Below are positions 24,194 to 27,236 of a stretch of 27,236 bases of DNA, piece after piece. Source of the DNA: Amoeboradix gromovi X-113. Lineage: Eukaryota; Fungi; Sanchytriomycota. The translations under genes and the position numbers were made by a program. The stretch's first letter is position 1, and each line of letters begins with the position of its first letter. The stretch is from assembly GCA_018985225.1 (NCBI GenBank), contig CM032194.1:1-27236 (forward strand), given 5' to 3'. The notes beneath the pieces were generated by a model. It did not search any database, was not told the DNA's origin, and saw nothing but the letters and a program-made list of their open reading frames with translations.

Positions 24194-25348
24194 CTAATAA
24201 CATTGGGGTCGTAATTGGACTAAATGCTAAAACAGCCATACCATAAGTTAACTACCACTAGGATAGTTAATGTTATACAAAATAAGCCGTGTATAAATGA
24301 TAGATTATTATCTATTAAGATGGTTGTAAAGGTATATTTGAGAAGATATATTTGTGGCCAATCAGCAGGTAACCAAATATTACAATATTCAACTACAACT
24401 GACTTATAAAAGGTCAAACTAAAGGAAAAGTAGAGAGGTAATAAAGTAGGAACCTCAACGACTATATGTCCAACTAAAGAAATTTAGAAGAGATAGTCTA
24501 AACAATAATGTAAATTATTGAAGTTATTTATTTTAATTCTTTATCTCAATTCCTCCACGCACATTGGTGCTACAAGATGGTATAACAGTCCTGATTGGAC
24601 TAATACTAATAAAAGAGAAGAACGGGAAGAGATTAAAAAATAATAGATGAATAAAGAGATAAAGAAATTAGGAGGTAAATTACATGACATTATGATAGGT
24701 ATCTCATTAGGAGATGCACACATTAGAACAAAAACAAAGGGAAAATCATGAACATTAAGATTTAACCAGGGACAAAAAAACAAAGAGTACTGTATCCACG
24801 TATATGAACAGTTCAAAGCTCTGTGTAATAATCCACCAAAAATAACAACAGATAAAGACATGAGGTCCGGTAAATTAGTAGAATATCAAAAAATAACTTG
24901 ACAAACAAGGGTAACAGCAGAATTACATTATTATGGACATTTGTTCTATAAATGAGATGCTTTTAAACCCAGAAGAGTGGGTTCAGGGATAGGTACATTT
25001 GTGAAAGTGATACCAGTTAACATAGAAGAATTAATCAGTCCTATAAGTTTAGCTTACCTGTATATGGATGATGGACATTTACAATTAGATATAAACAATG
25101 GAACTAAAGGAGCATATCTATGTTTAGGTGGATTTACTCAAAGTGAAATATTGTTATTAGTTGGTGTGTTAAACAAGAAATGAGGATTCGATGCAAGAAT
25201 ACATGAACAGAAAAGAATATATATACCTCAAGGAAGTTTAACTAAGTTTTATAGTGTTATAAAACCACATATCATTGATTCAATGAAATATAAAATAAAA
25301 TAACTTACTTAAAAAGGTGTTGATCAAATATCGTATAAATCCTTTTTG
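24194..25348 (+). mobile_element. Group I intron (IB-like) at LSU L2500
   Basis: P1 GACCTC/GGGGTC with U-G at the splice site; AATCAGCAGG, CTCAACGACTA / AAGAGATAGTCT; splicing restores GACCT|CGATGTCGGC. Confidence 0.93.
24647..25303 (+). CDS. LAGLIDADG homing endonuclease (I-SceI-like, 218 aa), free-standing in the rnl intron
   Basis: IMIGISLGDAHI, SLAYLYMDDG, IKPHIIDSMKYKI; own ATG and TAA. Confidence 0.92.
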
Positions 25349-25901
25349 CGATGTCGGCTTAGCTTATCCTGGCGCTGAAGAAGGTGCCAAGGGTTGGACT
25401 GTTCGTCCATTAAAAAGCTACGTGAGCTGGGTTCAGACCGTCGAGAGACAGGTCGGATTCTATCTACTAATGGGAGAAAGAAGGAAAAAAGAAAGCCTAG
25501 TACGAAAGGATCGGTATAACTAGAGCCTATAGTATAACTATTGATTAATAGAGATCATTGTAGTTTAGCCACGCTCTTAAGGATAAGAACTGAAAAAATA
25601 TCAAGTTTAAACCCTATTTTGCTATCTTAAAGTGACTAACTCTAGATCAGGGTATAGGTTGAATGTGAAAGTAATGAGAATTATTAAGCATAACAATACT
25701 AATATGTCAACTTTTTCATTGTTAGATATCTTTACATAGATATGTTAGACTTCTTAAGGTTCTTTAGGTATTTAACTAAAGAAGGAAAAAATCTTAAGAA
25801 AGAGGAAGGAGGAAGGTTTATTAAGTATCTTTAGGTTTAGAAACTAAAGAAAAGGATAAAATATTAAGAAAGGAGGAGATAAAATAAATAGAAGAAAAGA
25901 A

Positions 25902-26627
25902 ATGTTAATAATAAAAAATGATATAGCAAAAGACTATCAATGAGAATTTCAGGACCCTGCAACAACATGATTTGAAGGAATAATAGACCTACATAGTTAT
26001 ATAATGGTATATGTAATGATATTATTAATAGGAGTATTATGAATATTAAGTACAATAATAATGCAATCAATAAAAGGAAGTAAATGAAACAATGAGTTTA
26101 CATATAAATATAATGTAGAGGGAAGATTATTAGAATTTGTATGGACATTGTTACCAGCAGTAATATTAATAATGATAGCAATACCATCCTTTAAATTATT
26201 ATATTGAATGGATGAAGTGATAGATCCAGTAATAACAATAAAAGTGATAGGATTACAATGATATTGAGATGTTGAATTCTCAGATATAGTTGGATACTCG
26301 AGTTATATGGTACCAACTGAGGAATTAGAAGAAGGGCAATATAGATTATTAGAGGTGGATAATAGAATAGTAGTACCAGTAGATACAAAAATAAGAGTAA
26401 TAGTAACAAGTGGAGACGTAATACATTCATGAGCAGTACCATCATTAGGTATAAAAACAGATGCAATACCAGGAAGATTGAACCAAACATCAATGACTTT
26501 GAATAGAGAAGGGGTGTTTTATGGGCAATGTTCGGAATTATGTGGAGTAGGGCATGCATTTATGCCAATAGTAGTACAAGGAGTGAAATTGGAGGAGTAC
26601 ATATTATGATTAGAAAGTCAAAGATAA
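25902..26627 (+). CDS. cox2: Cytochrome c oxidase subunit 2 (241 aa)
   Basis: [36 protein letters not shown]. Confidence 0.97.
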
Positions 26628-26628
26628 A

Positions 26629-27138
26629 ATGAGAAAAGAAGATTTAAATTGAAAAAAATGGAAGGAAAATAGAATAGGGGAAATAATAGAGAAAGGAAGA
26701 CAAGAAAAATGAACATGGAAAATGAAAGAGAATAAGATAGGATATAAAAGAAATGAGAGTGTAATATTAACTGATGAAAAGGATAATAAATGAATAGGTG
26801 GAAATAAGATAGAGATGCCGGAGAGAGGGATAGGATATTTAAATTTAAGATTGTTAGAAAAGTATATAACTAATAGTCAACAAAAAGGATATAAACCACC
26901 GGCAATAGAGAAGATAAGAACAGGGAAGATAGAAATAAAGGGAATAAGAGTAGAGAAAGGAGGAAATATAATGAATGAAACAAGGAAGAATATACAAAAA
27001 GAAACAATAGGAACATTTAAAAATAAATTAATAAGAAAGTTAGATTTTCCATTATACAATAGAAGAGCTATAATAGGACATAAGATAAAAATAGCGTGAT
27101 CAGTAAATGAAAACTTTTTCTTAAGAAAAAAAAAATAA
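26629..27138 (+). CDS. rps3: Divergent ribosomal protein S3-like ORF (169 aa, code 4)
   Basis: Basic, K/R/I-rich; IKGIRVEKGGNI and RAIIGHKIKIAW resemble the two C-terminal uS3 motifs; starts 1 nt after the cox2 stop. Confidence 0.6.
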
Positions 27139-27236
27139 GATTTATTAAGTTTATTTAGGTTTAGAAACTAAAGAAAAGGAAAACTTAAGAAAAGAAGAGA
27201 AGAAATAACGAAGAAATACACTAATGAAGCCCATCC

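Larger units (their letters stand above)
20945..25724 (+). rRNA. rnl: Mitochondrial large-subunit rRNA; exons ~20945-22748, 23536-24193, 25349-~25724
   Basis: GAACTGAAGCATCTAAGTAGC, GTACCGTGAGGGAAAG, GACGAGAAGACCCTATGAAGCTT, GGGATAACAG, AGTACGAAAGGA; ends defined by the 14-bp complement TAACAATGAAAAAG/CTTTTTCATTGTTA. Confidence 0.95.

Noticed and set aside
27138-27236. Biological terminal repeat of a linear genome
   Set aside because: An exact 99-nt direct overlap is typical of assembler k-mer circularisation.

Overview
This window is a complete, circular-mapping fungal-type mitochondrial genome of about 27,137 bp. Bases 1-99 equal 27138-27236, which is an assembly overlap. It uses genetic code 4 (TGA=Trp, with trnW(UCA) present), so the supplied ORF track fragments most genes. 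It encodes cox1-3, cob, nad1-6, nad4L, atp6/8/9, a very divergent rps3-like ORF, rns, rnl and 24 canonical tRNAs. There are four group I introns, each with an intact LAGLIDADG ORF (three in cox1, one at rnl L2500), and one ORF-less group IIB intron (rnl L1787). Gene content and style suggest an early-diverging fungus, possibly Zoopagomycota/Entomophthorales-like; this is inference and unverified. Most notable: (1) a group II intron whose boundaries reconstruct as GU...AG; (2) a nested, TTAA-bounded palindromic element present in about 35 copies, all in one orientation, including inside rRNAs and an endonuclease ORF; (3) G1-U72 in 11 of 24 tRNAs plus a trnH lacking G-1; (4) two degenerate tRNA-like elements behind cox1 and atp9; (5) cytochrome b with G137S, G143A, PEWY->PEFY and H202Q; (6) a mosaic of rRNA and intron fragments upstream of atp9; (7) covarying changes in the SSU decoding centre. 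All analysis was by eye; no searches were run.
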